IMG/VR virus record: IMGVR_UViG_3300025010_000007
Span: 16,470 to 80,469 of that record
Length of the DNA: 64,000 nt
Reading direction: 5' to 3' (one strand)
Origin: a virus
Positions within the stretch are counted from its first letter, which is position 1; each line of letters starts with the position of its first letter. The position numbers and the translations under genes are program-made. Below, in pieces: positions 19,218 to 29,716 of the stretch. The notes below the pieces were generated by a model that was not told the DNA's origin, did no database searches, and saw only the letters and a program-made list of their open reading frames with translations.

Positions 19218-19625
19218 TTAAATCACCCTCTTTGCCTGACATTCTTTAATTACCAACTGACCGGCCAAAGTAGCCGGGGCAACCAAAGTGATTTTAAATT
19301 CCTTCCCGTCATATTCCATAAGTCGACTTTCCTTTACCTTTCTTTCGTCAGGCTCTCCCGAATCATCCAGTACAATGAATTCTAGGACTTCATCCGGGTT
19401 ATCACCAAGCTCCATAGGATTTTCCTTGGTGTCATGGCCGGTTACCACGATCTTTATAGTCTCTTTATGAGGTTCGGGCTGCCCCTCGTCCTCAATACTT
19501 AACTCATCCCGGTTCTCCACACCGGTGGCAGGGGTTTTTAAGATAACATCCACCTCATATCCTTTTTGCCGGATATGTTTTTGAATTATATTTTTTACCT
19601 TGTCGGACAGCTTAAGTGCATCCAT
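19218..19625 (-). CDS. Head closure-like protein
   Basis: Synteny; ATG overlaps the upstream stop. Confidence 0.55.
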   Translation of the reverse strand: MDALKLSDKVKNIIQKHIRQKGYEVDVILKTPATGVENRDELSIEDEGQPEPHKETIKIVVTGHDTKENPMELGDNPDEVLEFIVLDDSGEPDERKVKESRLMEYDGKEFKITLVAPATLAGQLVIKECQAKRVI

Positions 19626-20158
19626 TAGGTGCACCCCCCAACGACTAGCTTGACGTTACGATTGTAGTTATCAAGTCGCCGGGCAGCCAGCTTAGAGATT
19701 TCATCGAAGTTATCAAACTTTATTTCCAACCCCTTACCCAGCTTAAGGCCGCTGATTTCGGCACCTTCGCGGACGATATCAGAGAGAAGCTTCCACATGC
19801 AGTAATCAATTAAGATTGCCGCATCTCGGACGGGGACTGTTTCAATAGTATGATCGCCTAAATAGGTGTATGAGATAGTTCCGGTACCCACCGGAGCCGC
19901 ATCAAGGTATAGTGTCTTATCCAATATCTCGTGATTCTCCAGGCCAGAAAGCCAGGTCTGGTAATCATCGGGAAACTGATATTCCACAGTACCCGGTACC
20001 AAGCTAAGAGCACCCTTCTTTTTCCTTGGCCGGTACCGGGAGTAGTCGCCTATAGTATCACTGATAATATCACTCAGCTGCGGGTCCGGAATCCTGTACG
20101 GTTCCTGATTGTCTCCTATTTCCCCGCGAAGCTTTCTTAATAGTTCCGCTTTCTCCAT
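19625..20158 (-). CDS. Head-tail adaptor
   Basis: LRGEIGD N-terminal motif; follows the capsid gene. Confidence 0.6.
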   Translation of the reverse strand: MEKAELLRKLRGEIGDNQEPYRIPDPQLSDIISDTIGDYSRYRPRKKKGALSLVPGTVEYQFPDDYQTWLSGLENHEILDKTLYLDAAPVGTGTISYTYLGDHTIETVPVRDAAILIDYCMWKLLSDIVREGAEISGLKLGKGLEIKFDNFDEISKLAARRLDNYNRNVKLVVGGCT

Positions 20159-20309
20159 CAGATTTCACCTCTTTTTTTAGGGAAGAAGTAGAGGCTGTCT
20201 TATCTTTCGGGGCAGCCTCAAATTCTGCATACATTTGTCCGGGACCAATCATTTGACTAGTTACTGGATGGATAAACGCATGTCCTGTGTTCACTTTCAA
20301 ATAATCCAC
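20070..20309 (-). CDS. Small capsid-adjacent hypothetical protein
   Basis: Starts 5 nt after the capsid stop; low-complexity tail overlaps the next gene. Confidence 0.5.
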   Translation of the reverse strand: MDYLKVNTGHAFIHPVTSQMIGPGQMYAEFEAAPKDKTASTSSLKKEVKSDGESGTIKKASRGNRRQSGTVQDSGPAAE

Positions 20310-20314
20310 CCGCC

Positions 20315-23300
20315 TTAAGAGTTGTAAAATTTAATGGTCCGGTACGGCGGGTTGTAAGTTACCCCATCTTTGTCCGTTACCAGCGGAGTGGCAATACTTA
20401 TTTGCTGTGTGGCGTGGTACTGCTTGGCTGAAGTGATTTTGCCATCCGTTGTATAATACGGATCCGGCCCCTCAATCTGCATCGGGGAACCAGTACCGAA
20501 GCGAGTTGCATTAATTTTGCCAAGTAGAATCCTTTTGTCCCCAGCCACCCAGGGAACGTTTACTTCACCTAGTTGTAAGCCATTTCTGGTTGCAAAATAC
20601 ATTCGGCCCTGCAATAGGTTTGTTCCTTCCGGAGAGGCAGACTTATAGAACAGTTCCGCAATCTTTGCATTTACCATGGCATTTAAACTGCCAATGCCGA
20701 AATTAGGTACCGAATATCTAGGGGCACCACCCATATAAGCTTTCTCGTAATCGAAAAGCTCTAATAGTCTGTTGTAATACTTGGCAGCTTCTACTCCGCT
20801 TGGTACTGTTAAATTAAAAAACGATATATTAGTAGCATAGCTGTAAGAGATGGTTGGCTTATTGGTATCATTGTCCACCCCGGACGCCTCAGTCAAATAG
20901 ACTTTTGCATTTTCAAAGTCAACTGCATAGTCAGCACCAGCAGATATTTTGCCGGTAACTGGGTCCCATGTGCCTCGTGTAAGGGTGGCAACCCCTAGCT
21001 TAGCAGTAATCGGTTTTGCGGTTGTAGTTTGCTTTTGGCCTGCCGGGTCAATGTACTGGCGAACCCTCGGTCGTACTACAGGTGGAACAGTTGCACCAAT
21101 AACTCCAGTAGAATAACCGCAAAGAAGACTCACAATCCATGCAGCATTTGAGCCAGTCGGGACATTGGTTCCAGGAACCGCAACAGCTATTTCTGCAGCA
21201 GCGACAGCTTCATTAGTCACAGCTACAGACTGGTATTCATCAGAGATGTGCAACATTTCAAGACTTAGGCGCTGGTCTATATAGCGAGAGAAACGCATGG
21301 CTAAATTAGCTAGGTTCCGAGCCAGCACATCATAATTAAAGGGGCCGGTCTGCAACTCGCGCATAGCCTCCTTAGTAACTACGGTACCGCGCTTCATCCA
21401 CTCAGCACCGAATTCCAGGGTTACAGTGGACACGCCTTCAGTGGGAATACCGTCAATTTCACCCACAATTAGGTCATCCTGAGAATATAGATCCATGGAT
21501 GTTATTTCAGACAGTATTTTATGAGTGGTACCACTAAACGGTTCAGCCATTACCAGTTGTAGGAACATGAGGTCCTGCCATACCTGTTCCATAATCGCTT
21601 GAGAGATAATAGGTGCCTGGGCAAAGTCTCCAGTAGTACTGATAGCAGAATCAGTAATAGCTCCATCCGTAATAACTTGGGCAGAATCAGTCAAAGTCTT
21701 CATGTATTTGGTATATTCCGGGTTATTTTCTCTGTCCATACGGGCTAAGATATTATTTAAGATAGATCTATTTGCTTTTCGCAAGTCGGGATCCGGTAAC
21801 GCACCTGTCCTAATTTTAATTTGGTCATCCAGTGCAGCTTGAAGATTATCGACAATAGGCCTCCAAGGCTGGGCAGCAGCACCTATCTGAATTTCCGGGT
21901 CAATAACTGCAACTCTACCCGCCATGGGAACACCCAGGGCAGCCAACTTGCTGCTTATGGCAATAGAATCAACAAAAGCCTTTTCCTGCTCAATAAACCC
22001 AACTACCTGTGCGGCATCGGTGATAGCCTCACCCTTTTTAATCAAGGCATCTTTGGTTTTTTGGTCATAAGGTAAGGCGGTTACAGCGTCAGTGAGTGCC
22101 TGCTGTGCGGCAGTTTTAGCTTGTGCGGCAACTACTTCTGCCTGGCGTGTTTCTTCTGCCTGCCTAAACTTGTTTAACTCATCGGTCAGTGCGGTGTGCT
22201 GATCTGCCTGTTCTTTTGCGGCGATCATGCTGTCGCAAATGCCAACATACTCATTGTCGGCGTTCTGCGCTTTCCATGCCTTAAGTTCTGCAAGGGTCAT
22301 TAAATGAAATTTGGGCACGTTATCGCCCTCCTTTTTGTTGAGTTGATCTAATATTTCGGATACTGCGGAATCGGTTAGCTGCTGTGGCGTATCAAAGGCG
22401 TCAACTTCTGCTGGATTCAACACGATATCCCAAGTGTAAAGAGTTAACTGCTTGGCCACACCAACTTGTTTTCCGTTAACCCTCGCGGGCACTAATTTAC
22501 CGGTCATACGGTTACTAAAACCTATAGGCAGTCCGGCATCCAGCATGGCCTGCACCTGCTTGCCCATATCGGTTTGTAGTGGTTTAAACTCAGCGATTAC
22601 GTTCCCTGCTGCGTCAATATCTGCCTTCCTGAACTTGACCGCCTGGTTAGGTACTTTGGAATCAAAAAGCACCCTGCCGTCAGCGCCTTTGAAGCTGCGG
22701 GGGTGTGGATGCTCTCCAGCGTACGGGAAACCTGCATCACTTAGTGCTTTTAGCGCTGGACCATAGACAGGACGTGGGTAAAGTCTGACATTGCCGTTTA
22801 TAGCGTCGACTTTAGACACCGTCTGCCGGTACCAACCAGACGGTTTTCCGGCATTATCAGTAATCGCTACTGCTGCACTAATACAAACGTCCTGCATCTC
22901 TCCTGCTTCGTCAGTTATTGCGCCGTGTTGTGCGTCAGAAACTACAGTAACAGTGGCATTTTGCATCTGAAAACCAGCTTGCGCCGCTATTTTTTGTGCT
23001 TCTTGCTCTTTTCTGACAGCATAGCCTATATCCCAATAACCAAATTCAGCGCTACATTTAGCACCTATAGCTTCGTAATAAATCCTCCGATCAACTTCTG
23101 TTAAGGCACTATTAGCGAGTTTCTTTTTAATGGCCAGAAGTCCGACCGCTGTTGTTGCGGCCAGTATTTCAGCCATTTGAGGATCATCGGTCAGCGCGTC
23201 AGTTACTGGAGCTGTATTGTCATCTGTTGCATTGTCGTTTATAACCTGCTCCTCGCCGGGCCTAAATCCGATTGTATTTCCTTTTTCGCCAGGCTCCAAG

Positions 23301-23344
23301 CTATCTAAAATAGCTTCTTCCCAGTCGCTATTTGGCAGTTTCAT
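20315..23344 (-). CDS. Fused prohead protease (T4 gp21-like) - scaffold - major capsid protein
   Basis: INGNVRLYP, GEHPHP, GFSNRMTG, WDIVLNPA protease motifs; Ala/Gln helical linker; ~440-aa C-terminal capsid-like domain. No other capsid candidate in the head module. Confidence 0.8.
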   Translation of the reverse strand: MKLPNSDWEEAILDSLEPGEKGNTIGFRPGEEQVINDNATDDNTAPVTDALTDDPQMAEILAATTAVGLLAIKKKLANSALTEVDRRIYYEAIGAKCSAEFGYWDIGYAVRKEQEAQKIAAQAGFQMQNATVTVVSDAQHGAITDEAGEMQDVCISAAVAITDNAGKPSGWYRQTVSKVDAINGNVRLYPRPVYGPALKALSDAGFPYAGEHPHPRSFKGADGRVLFDSKVPNQAVKFRKADIDAAGNVIAEFKPLQTDMGKQVQAMLDAGLPIGFSNRMTGKLVPARVNGKQVGVAKQLTLYTWDIVLNPAEVDAFDTPQQLTDSAVSEILDQLNKKEGDNVPKFHLMTLAELKAWKAQNADNEYVGICDSMIAAKEQADQHTALTDELNKFRQAEETRQAEVVAAQAKTAAQQALTDAVTALPYDQKTKDALIKKGEAITDAAQVVGFIEQEKAFVDSIAISSKLAALGVPMAGRVAVIDPEIQIGAAAQPWRPIVDNLQAALDDQIKIRTGALPDPDLRKANRSILNNILARMDRENNPEYTKYMKTLTDSAQVITDGAITDSAISTTGDFAQAPIISQAIMEQVWQDLMFLQLVMAEPFSGTTHKILSEITSMDLYSQDDLIVGEIDGIPTEGVSTVTLEFGAEWMKRGTVVTKEAMRELQTGPFNYDVLARNLANLAMRFSRYIDQRLSLEMLHISDEYQSVAVTNEAVAAAEIAVAVPGTNVPTGSNAAWIVSLLCGYSTGVIGATVPPVVRPRVRQYIDPAGQKQTTTAKPITAKLGVATLTRGTWDPVTGKISAGADYAVDFENAKVYLTEASGVDNDTNKPTISYSYATNISFFNLTVPSGVEAAKYYNRLLELFDYEKAYMGGAPRYSVPNFGIGSLNAMVNAKIAELFYKSASPEGTNLLQGRMYFATRNGLQLGEVNVPWVAGDKRILLGKINATRFGTGSPMQIEGPDPYYTTDGKITSAKQYHATQQISIATPLVTDKDGVTYNPPYRTIKFYNS

Positions 23345-23447
23345 AATATCCCCCTTTCATAAGTTAAAGAAAGTTAATAGTAACGTGTCGGTTCTCTCGC
23401 CTTTGCCAAATCTATTCACCGTCCTTGCTATTTACTTTTTTAGCTTT

Positions 23448-26400
23448 TTAATCTACTGGCAATAAACTGCATCGGCAGTTGCCACACCAGGCAGCTTTTC
23501 CATTTCGTCTAACCCAGAGAATGTGGTTTTTCTCTAGTTCTACACAATAAACCTTATCGTCATAGTATTTATTGAGTATTTTAACGCCGTTCTTTCTACC
23601 TCGCTGATAGATTGAACACTTCTTGTTGTTGATGTAGATTACCCATATATCGTGGTTTATCGTGTATGTTCCGTTACTGAAAACCTGTTGTTTGCCCTTG
23701 GTTTTGCGCAAAGTAAAAGACGGGTAGAATCCCGCCTTCAAAATAACTTCACCGAGGTCTGATGCCATTAACGTTGAGTAGGTGTCAATTTTTCTACCAA
23801 TAGACTTAAATTCTTTTTCCTTCCAACTGGTTACTTTTATATTTCCATCCCCAAGCACATAAGCATCAAGGAATAGGTTTAACTGCTCTCTTGGTAGTTT
23901 CTTTATTTCTTCGGGAACATATCTTACATGTTGCTGTCCCATTTGCTCAAGATATTTACCAAGTGGAACGCTGTTAATATAAAACTTACCCTGTCCCCTA
24001 TTAACCTTAACTGGCATATCTTTAATGTCATTGTAAATCTTTTTATAATTATCCGTTTTTTCTTGGGTAATAGAAATTTGATAAGCATTTTCTCCACGCT
24101 TAACAGTAGAACCTTCACTCAGATAATAACCCATAAACTTAGTAAAAATATCTACAGGTATTTGCAGTCCGTTAATATCAATATGTCTTAAATACTCACC
24201 AGACCAATTACAAACTTTATTAACGTAAAACTCGGACAAATCCATTAATTTACCTGCATCAACAAGACCCCATCTTAGTTTTCTTTTAGCACCCTTACGC
24301 TCTCCAATATACATTTGATGATTAGGAGTAACCATCATGTCAAGACTATTAGATTTTAAACTTATCATATCGCCTTCATAGCTGTAGGAGATGTTTTTAA
24401 CACTTGATGTCCATTCCGGTTGATGCGTCTCTGGATTTAAGGATAAAAACTTCTCGTCACCAATCAGTTTGGAAAACTTTATCCAACCTCTATCAGTATA
24501 GACTTCTGTTTCTTTGTCGTAACAGCGCGGGTGAGCCGGACAATCTGGATGATTGTCTATCGGATACGTTTCCCCATTCCGCCCCCGGCATATAGGGCAC
24601 GTCCGTTGGTCTAACACTGCCGACCATTCTACACGAGCAAAGCCAGCGTCCCGGTATATTCGCTTAGCACTTCGATTATATGCCCAGCTGAGTTCCGTTC
24701 TCGCTATCATCTCTGCCCGAACTTCATTCACAATAATAGGCTGCAACTGCTTCATAATGTTTTTCCAGCCTAGATCCTGCTCAAAACCTTCGGTCAAGGC
24801 TCCTCGAATTTGTTTAAGGGTTGTATCTTTAATCCCCTTAATACGTTTTCCAGATTCATTAAACAAATCATCTCGGATGTCACTTTTTACAATACGAGGT
24901 TTGATTTTTACACCACTGGTACCGGGCGGGACATCACCACTACCACCTTGTCCGCCAGAACTACTTTTAGCCTCTACCAACTGCAAAGCTCTTACTGCAC
25001 CAATAACTGCAGCTTCGGTCATTTGATTTGTGATACCCACCTGGTATTTACTTTCTTTTTCGTCCCATGCATCCTCCAAAACCGTAATAATGGAATCCTC
25101 TGAGAATTCGTTGACCTCATCGGTTACTGAGACATCTCCACTATATTTAAGCATCCGAGTATAAACGGCACGAAAAAAACGCAGTACGGTTGCCTGCGCT
25201 TTCTGCTCTATCGCTTCCATGACCGGACGGTCTTCCAGGAGAACATCTGTAACCAGGTTATCCTCGCTTTCCTCTTCCTCCGGGTCTTCGCCAGGTTTTA
25301 GCTTGTCCCTTGCAATGTTGGGTTTAGCTGCAGCCATGACCGCCCTGTCCCGGGCCTCTTCCTCTTCAACCAGTCGGGCCATCTCTTCTGGATCCTCAAT
25401 ATCAAAATCGTTAGCAGATGCCTGGATAGCCTTTAACCGAGTAATAACTTTAACACCCTTGTTTGCACCCAGGGCTTTTTGAACCCTGTCCATGCGCTCA
25501 TTGGGTGTTTCGTCAGTTTTATCACTCCAAACAATGTCGTAACTAATAGCATCAGGGTTAATCCCGGTCAATAATAGCTGCAAATCAATAATTGCTCTTA
25601 ACCCAGAGAACGGTCCGGGATCACCATACTCCAACACATCAGTTATATCCTCCAGAGTCTGCAGGTAGTGCGGGTACTGGACTTTTAGCACATCCCGGTT
25701 AATGTCTGCACCGGCTGTCAGTACAGCTTTCGGTACACTTAGATTCAGCCAAAGCAGTTCCTCGAAATATTTAACGTCGTCCATCTCACTCAGGTTAGTA
25801 GTATCATTTAGTGCCGTTACTTGTGCAGTACCTACGAAGTCAGACAAGAGATGTGCGTTTTTTGTTGGGTTACCATCCTTATCAACAAGCCCAACGTTAC
25901 GCATGTACTCAACGACCTGAGTTTCCCCTGTATTGTCTGGAAGTTTATGACTCCTCTTTTTAACACTTCGGAATTCCCGCCTTATGGCCGTTGCTCGCTC
26001 CATCCTCTGTAGGATGCTAAATATAGCTCTGGCAGATTTATAGTGACTTGTGCCGTAATTTTCTGTTTCCTCACACAGCCACCGGATATGATTCATTTGA
26101 AACAGGGCAAAGTGTCCTCTTGCCTCGCTCGGAGGACCAATTTCCATTAGGGTATGTATTTGGGTTTTAGGGTCTATCTGACTGAACGCCTTTTCTGGGT
26201 CTGGGAATTCACCATACTCATCATTGTTTCTCTTGATTGTCAGTACCGGTCCTTGGCGAACATCCAAAATTAATCCGGCAGCTAAATCAACCAATGGATT
26301 TAGAAACAAGTCGCCATCCCGGACTAAACCCCTGGTATAACCTTTTGCCTTAGCCTGTAATTTAGTTCGCGTCAGTAAGTCGTCTATAACCTGCTGGGCT

Positions 26401-26750
26401 ATATTAGCACCCGGTGTTAGACGTTTTAGCACCGACTTCCCTTTCTTTCGCCTGGCCTGCCTATACGTTTCGCTGCCGTGTACCACAACCTTAAATCCCC
26501 CACGCGCTGCATCGGCGGCCAGCCTAAGATTAGTCATCGTAAAACGGAGATCATGCTTGACTAACTTTTGAACATCACGGACAACAGATATACGATCAGT
26601 TGCAAGCTTAAACTGCTCATATATATAAAGCTGTGGCGACTCAGCATAGCTTACTTTGGCTGATTCGGTTGTTTTTGTTGTACGGTCTGGTTCAGGAGTA
26701 ACCTTAGAGCGCCCAAAGAAATCCATAACTTTCGTGAATATATTAGCTAT
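23448..26750 (-). CDS. Portal protein fused to MuF/SPP1 gp7 minor head domain, intein-containing
   Basis: Follows terminase; YGTS portal motif; RAEMIARTE...DQRTCPIC...HPRC|CRC MuF motifs. Start ATA at 26750 (RBS-supported) or ATG at 26726. Confidence 0.85.
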   Translation of the reverse strand: MANIFTKVMDFFGRSKVTPEPDRTTKTTESAKVSYAESPQLYIYEQFKLATDRISVVRDVQKLVKHDLRFTMTNLRLAADAARGGFKVVVHGSETYRQARRKKGKSVLKRLTPGANIAQQVIDDLLTRTKLQAKAKGYTRGLVRDGDLFLNPLVDLAAGLILDVRQGPVLTIKRNNDEYGEFPDPEKAFSQIDPKTQIHTLMEIGPPSEARGHFALFQMNHIRWLCEETENYGTSHYKSARAIFSILQRMERATAIRREFRSVKKRSHKLPDNTGETQVVEYMRNVGLVDKDGNPTKNAHLLSDFVGTAQVTALNDTTNLSEMDDVKYFEELLWLNLSVPKAVLTAGADINRDVLKVQYPHYLQTLEDITDVLEYGDPGPFSGLRAIIDLQLLLTGINPDAISYDIVWSDKTDETPNERMDRVQKALGANKGVKVITRLKAIQASANDFDIEDPEEMARLVEEEEARDRAVMAAAKPNIARDKLKPGEDPEEEESEDNLVTDVLLEDRPVMEAIEQKAQATVLRFFRAVYTRMLKYSGDVSVTDEVNEFSEDSIITVLEDAWDEKESKYQVGITNQMTEAAVIGAVRALQLVEAKSSSGGQGGSGDVPPGTSGVKIKPRIVKSDIRDDLFNESGKRIKGIKDTTLKQIRGALTEGFEQDLGWKNIMKQLQPIIVNEVRAEMIARTELSWAYNRSAKRIYRDAGFARVEWSAVLDQRTCPICRGRNGETYPIDNHPDCPAHPRCYDKETEVYTDRGWIKFSKLIGDEKFLSLNPETHQPEWTSSVKNISYSYEGDMISLKSNSLDMMVTPNHQMYIGERKGAKRKLRWGLVDAGKLMDLSEFYVNKVCNWSGEYLRHIDINGLQIPVDIFTKFMGYYLSEGSTVKRGENAYQISITQEKTDNYKKIYNDIKDMPVKVNRGQGKFYINSVPLGKYLEQMGQQHVRYVPEEIKKLPREQLNLFLDAYVLGDGNIKVTSWKEKEFKSIGRKIDTYSTLMASDLGEVILKAGFYPSFTLRKTKGKQQVFSNGTYTINHDIWVIYINNKKCSIYQRGRKNGVKILNKYYDDKVYCVELEKNHILWVRRNGKAAWCGNCRCSLLPVD
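23478..24524 (-). mobile_element. Intein with LAGLIDADG homing endonuclease (349 aa)
   Basis: Starts CYDKETEVYT; block B VTPNH; FMGYYLSEGS and FLDAYVLGDG helices; ends VRRNGKAAWCGN followed by Cys. Confidence 0.92.
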
Positions 26751-26797
26751 TTTTTATCACCACCTTTGCAAAAGAAAAACACCCGGTTATCCAGGTG

Positions 26798-27133
26798 TTA
26801 TCCGTATTTCTTTTTAGCCTTCTCCAGGTTTCCCCTAGCTTCAGTAGCTCCTTGTTCTATATTCCTATAGTGCTCAATCATTGCCCTGTAAGCTCTAATT
26901 GCTTTTTCATCATCAATCCCGACTACTTGCCCTGGACGTTTTTCCTCCAGCACCACAGACGCCTTTTCAAAACCATCGGCCAAGGATTTAACCGATTCCT
27001 CCAGCAGTGTAGCCTGCTCAATTAACTCATGCCAGTTGATATCCAGGCTTAACCTAAAAGATAAGGGGTTTTCTTGGTTTGCCTCATTTTTGTTCACAAT
27101 TCCAAGGGAAACGATTTTACCTTTATCAGCCAT
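26798..27133 (-). CDS. Moron, hypothetical protein
   Basis: Own SigH-like promoter (27167-27193) and terminator (26773-26797). Confidence 0.7.
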   Translation of the reverse strand: MADKGKIVSLGIVNKNEANQENPLSFRLSLDINWHELIEQATLLEESVKSLADGFEKASVVLEEKRPGQVVGIDDEKAIRAYRAMIEHYRNIEQGATEARGNLEKAKKKYG

Positions 27134-27196
27134 CAGAGCACCTCTCTTTATAGTTATTAGGACTATATTCGACGCGCTCTGCCGCTTTCCTTTAAT

Positions 27197-28744
27197 TTAC
27201 CAATCATCTTCTGTATCTCCGAAAACTGCTGAAATATCAGCCTTGACAGACATGCCTACAATATGTTTAATGTTTTTCGCTGCTCGCATAAGGTACCCCA
27301 AACACTTCATAAAATCATCATGCCCCTCAGTCTCATTAACAAAAAACTTAAGCTTTTGATGAGCCTTTATTTCATAGCGGCAAAGCCTTACTTGTTCCCA
27401 AAATTCCTTATATTCCTCGCTGCTATCATCGGCAAACATTTTTAATAACCCGGTATTTACCCGAGCCAATATATCAAAACCATCCTCGCTATTCGTTACA
27501 TCAGTTGACTGATGCTCCTCTAATTGGTGATATTTTTTTGCCAGCCAGGAGGATATATCTGCACCAATACCACGGGCATCAGAAATAACAAACTCGGGCC
27601 GCCATAACTGCAGATCAGATAAAAGTTCCAACTTTTGCTGGTCGAAGTCATGACCAGTGCGGTAAGTTATCTCCACAACATTTATTCGGGGGTCGGTATT
27701 AATCGCATCACAAACTGAGAAATCAAGTTCCCCAATTATGAGCACCGTACTATCCTTTTGTGGCTTTAAACCCCGCAGGACTGCATCTTGAGCTTCCTCA
27801 TCCTTACCGGCAATATCTATCGCAGCTACATACCGGCGACCTACTTTAGGTTTATGGTATCGCTTATGTTCCCCCTGTAGCTTTGCCTTCTGCTGCTCGT
27901 TAAAAAACTTGCCAGCAGCGGCAATGGCCTTTAGCAAGTACTGAGTTTGAATAATCGGGTGCTCTAATCCAAGACGCTCAACTTCGCGGTTAAAGTATGT
28001 TTTATAATCCGGATTATGCTTGGCTACCTCATAGGCATCATATTCAAAATGGTACCTTTCCTCCGGTGGTAAATCCTTAACACGGCAGCCCAGTTCCCGA
28101 GCCCGGCCCTCATCCTTCTTAATATTTATCTGCCGCTGCTTTTCCAACATGTTGTCAGTGTCCCAGGCAGTACCCCAAAACACCGTTGTAACTGCTTTGT
28201 TAGCACCCATTGGAGCGAAGTCTTTATCATACTTCTGTTGATTTACGTCCTGAGCTTCGTCTATCTCCAGGAGTATATCAGCTGTAGCACCGACTACTTG
28301 AGCAGTTGGTTCGGCAGAAAAAAAGGCTATTCGTGCCTTACCCAGCACCCTCATAAATCCAAAGCTCCCCCGGTGAAGCTTACGAGTGAGCGGGTTATCC
28401 AAGACCTCCTGAAGCCGAATCATCGAGTTTACAATTTGCGGCTTCCAGGTAGGAGCCGCCTTCACAATGGTTCCACCCCGCTTTTTATTCCGGGTAAGCA
28501 AAAAACCCTCCAATTGTGCGGAGGATTCGTTTTTTCCACTTTGGCGGGACATCATCACAGTAATGATTTTGGATTTTTTATTTTCGATACTATCAATAGT
28601 GCAGAGTAATGGGTCTACCTGGTACGGACGAAGGGCTTTACTTTTTCTTAAGCGACGGGAGAATTGCCTAATATCCCGGATAATTAAACGAATAACCGCC
28701 TTTTTGCGTTCTCGTTTATCCATCGACCAACCCTTCTTCTTCAA
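27197..28744 (-). CDS. terL: Terminase large subunit
   Basis: Walker A MSRQSGKNE, Walker B LEIDEAQ, nuclease AIDIAG and GHDD. Confidence 0.9.
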   Translation of the reverse strand: MKKKGWSMDKRERKKAVIRLIIRDIRQFSRRLRKSKALRPYQVDPLLCTIDSIENKKSKIITVMMSRQSGKNESSAQLEGFLLTRNKKRGGTIVKAAPTWKPQIVNSMIRLQEVLDNPLTRKLHRGSFGFMRVLGKARIAFFSAEPTAQVVGATADILLEIDEAQDVNQQKYDKDFAPMGANKAVTTVFWGTAWDTDNMLEKQRQINIKKDEGRARELGCRVKDLPPEERYHFEYDAYEVAKHNPDYKTYFNREVERLGLEHPIIQTQYLLKAIAAAGKFFNEQQKAKLQGEHKRYHKPKVGRRYVAAIDIAGKDEEAQDAVLRGLKPQKDSTVLIIGELDFSVCDAINTDPRINVVEITYRTGHDFDQQKLELLSDLQLWRPEFVISDARGIGADISSWLAKKYHQLEEHQSTDVTNSEDGFDILARVNTGLLKMFADDSSEEYKEFWEQVRLCRYEIKAHQKLKFFVNETEGHDDFMKCLGYLMRAAKNIKHIVGMSVKADISAVFGDTEDDW

Positions 28745-29687
28745 TCACTTCATCTAGAAGAATATCGTCATCCCCGCTACCTTTTGCCTTCTCGATATCA
28801 GCCTTCAGTTTTTCAATACGTAATCTGTGCTCTTCAACTACCAGGCCCTTAAGCTCATATCTTTCCACCATATCTTCATAACGCAAAATAAGACCCTCCA
28901 AGGTCTTCATAGCAGTGCTCTGGGCTTTCAAGAAACCAGCCTGCTTATCCCATGCAAATTGGAGCTCCCATTCTTTCTCCCAGCTATCACTTTGCATACC
29001 GCTGGTTTCCTTCTGGCGTTTCAAGACCTTAGTTAAATCATCCTGATCCTTAACAAACATAATCTTCTGCGCCCTGGCTATAGCTGTATACTGAATCACA
29101 ATTTGTTCCCAAAGAATATCCAGAGGACTTTTTTCTATAATCTCATTTACAATGGCCCTGGTCTCCTCATCATCGGGGAATATACGAGCAAAGAACCCGT
29201 GTTTCAGGTTGTTTTGTGTTCCCGGTGACGGACCCGTACTCTTCCCCCCGTGAAACTTGCACTTATCTTTACCCGGCTCCGCCTTCTTCTTACAGCGCTC
29301 CCCAGTCCCTTTACATTTCGCGGTACACTGGCCCGGTCGGCCATCCAGGTGAATCTGGCAGAAACGCTCCCCATCTAAAGCCTTATTACGGCAGCGTTCA
29401 CCAGACTTATGGCCCATAGCTTCACATTGGCCGGGGAAAGGATCTGTCTTGTTTTCTGTTGTAGTACTACACTCAGTATCTGTAGTACTACAGTTATTTT
29501 TTGTAGTACTACACTTTTCTTTTTGTGATACTACATTCCATTTATCCCGACACTTCCAGGCACTAATTGTTTTTTCTTTTTCTCCGAGCAGTTCAGCAAT
29601 TTGACGATTAGTTATGTTTCCATCATGTTCGATCCATATTTGACATGCCTTTTCTCTATTTGGATTACGAACTACACGGGACATCAC
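28716..29687 (-). CDS. terS: Terminase small subunit with HTH and HGGxSTG Zn-finger repeats
   Basis: IAELLG..TISAWKCRDKW, CKFHGGKSTG, NNLKHGFF, QFAWDKQA. Confidence 0.9.
   Translation of the reverse strand: MMSRVVRNPNREKACQIWIEHDGNITNRQIAELLGEKEKTISAWKCRDKWNVVSQKEKCSTTKNNCSTTDTECSTTTENKTDPFPGQCEAMGHKSGERCRNKALDGERFCQIHLDGRPGQCTAKCKGTGERCKKKAEPGKDKCKFHGGKSTGPSPGTQNNLKHGFFARIFPDDEETRAIVNEIIEKSPLDILWEQIVIQYTAIARAQKIMFVKDQDDLTKVLKRQKETSGMQSDSWEKEWELQFAWDKQAGFLKAQSTAMKTLEGLILRYEDMVERYELKGLVVEEHRLRIEKLKADIEKAKGSGDDDILLDEVIEEEGLVDG
29460..29535. repeat. Palindromic repeats in terS (candidate pac/TerS-binding site)
   Basis: TGTAGTACTACA at 29460, 29481, 29502 and a degenerate copy at 29524. Confidence 0.6.
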
Positions 29688-29716
29688 CTCACCTTCTTTG
29701 CTTCGATGTCAAACAG

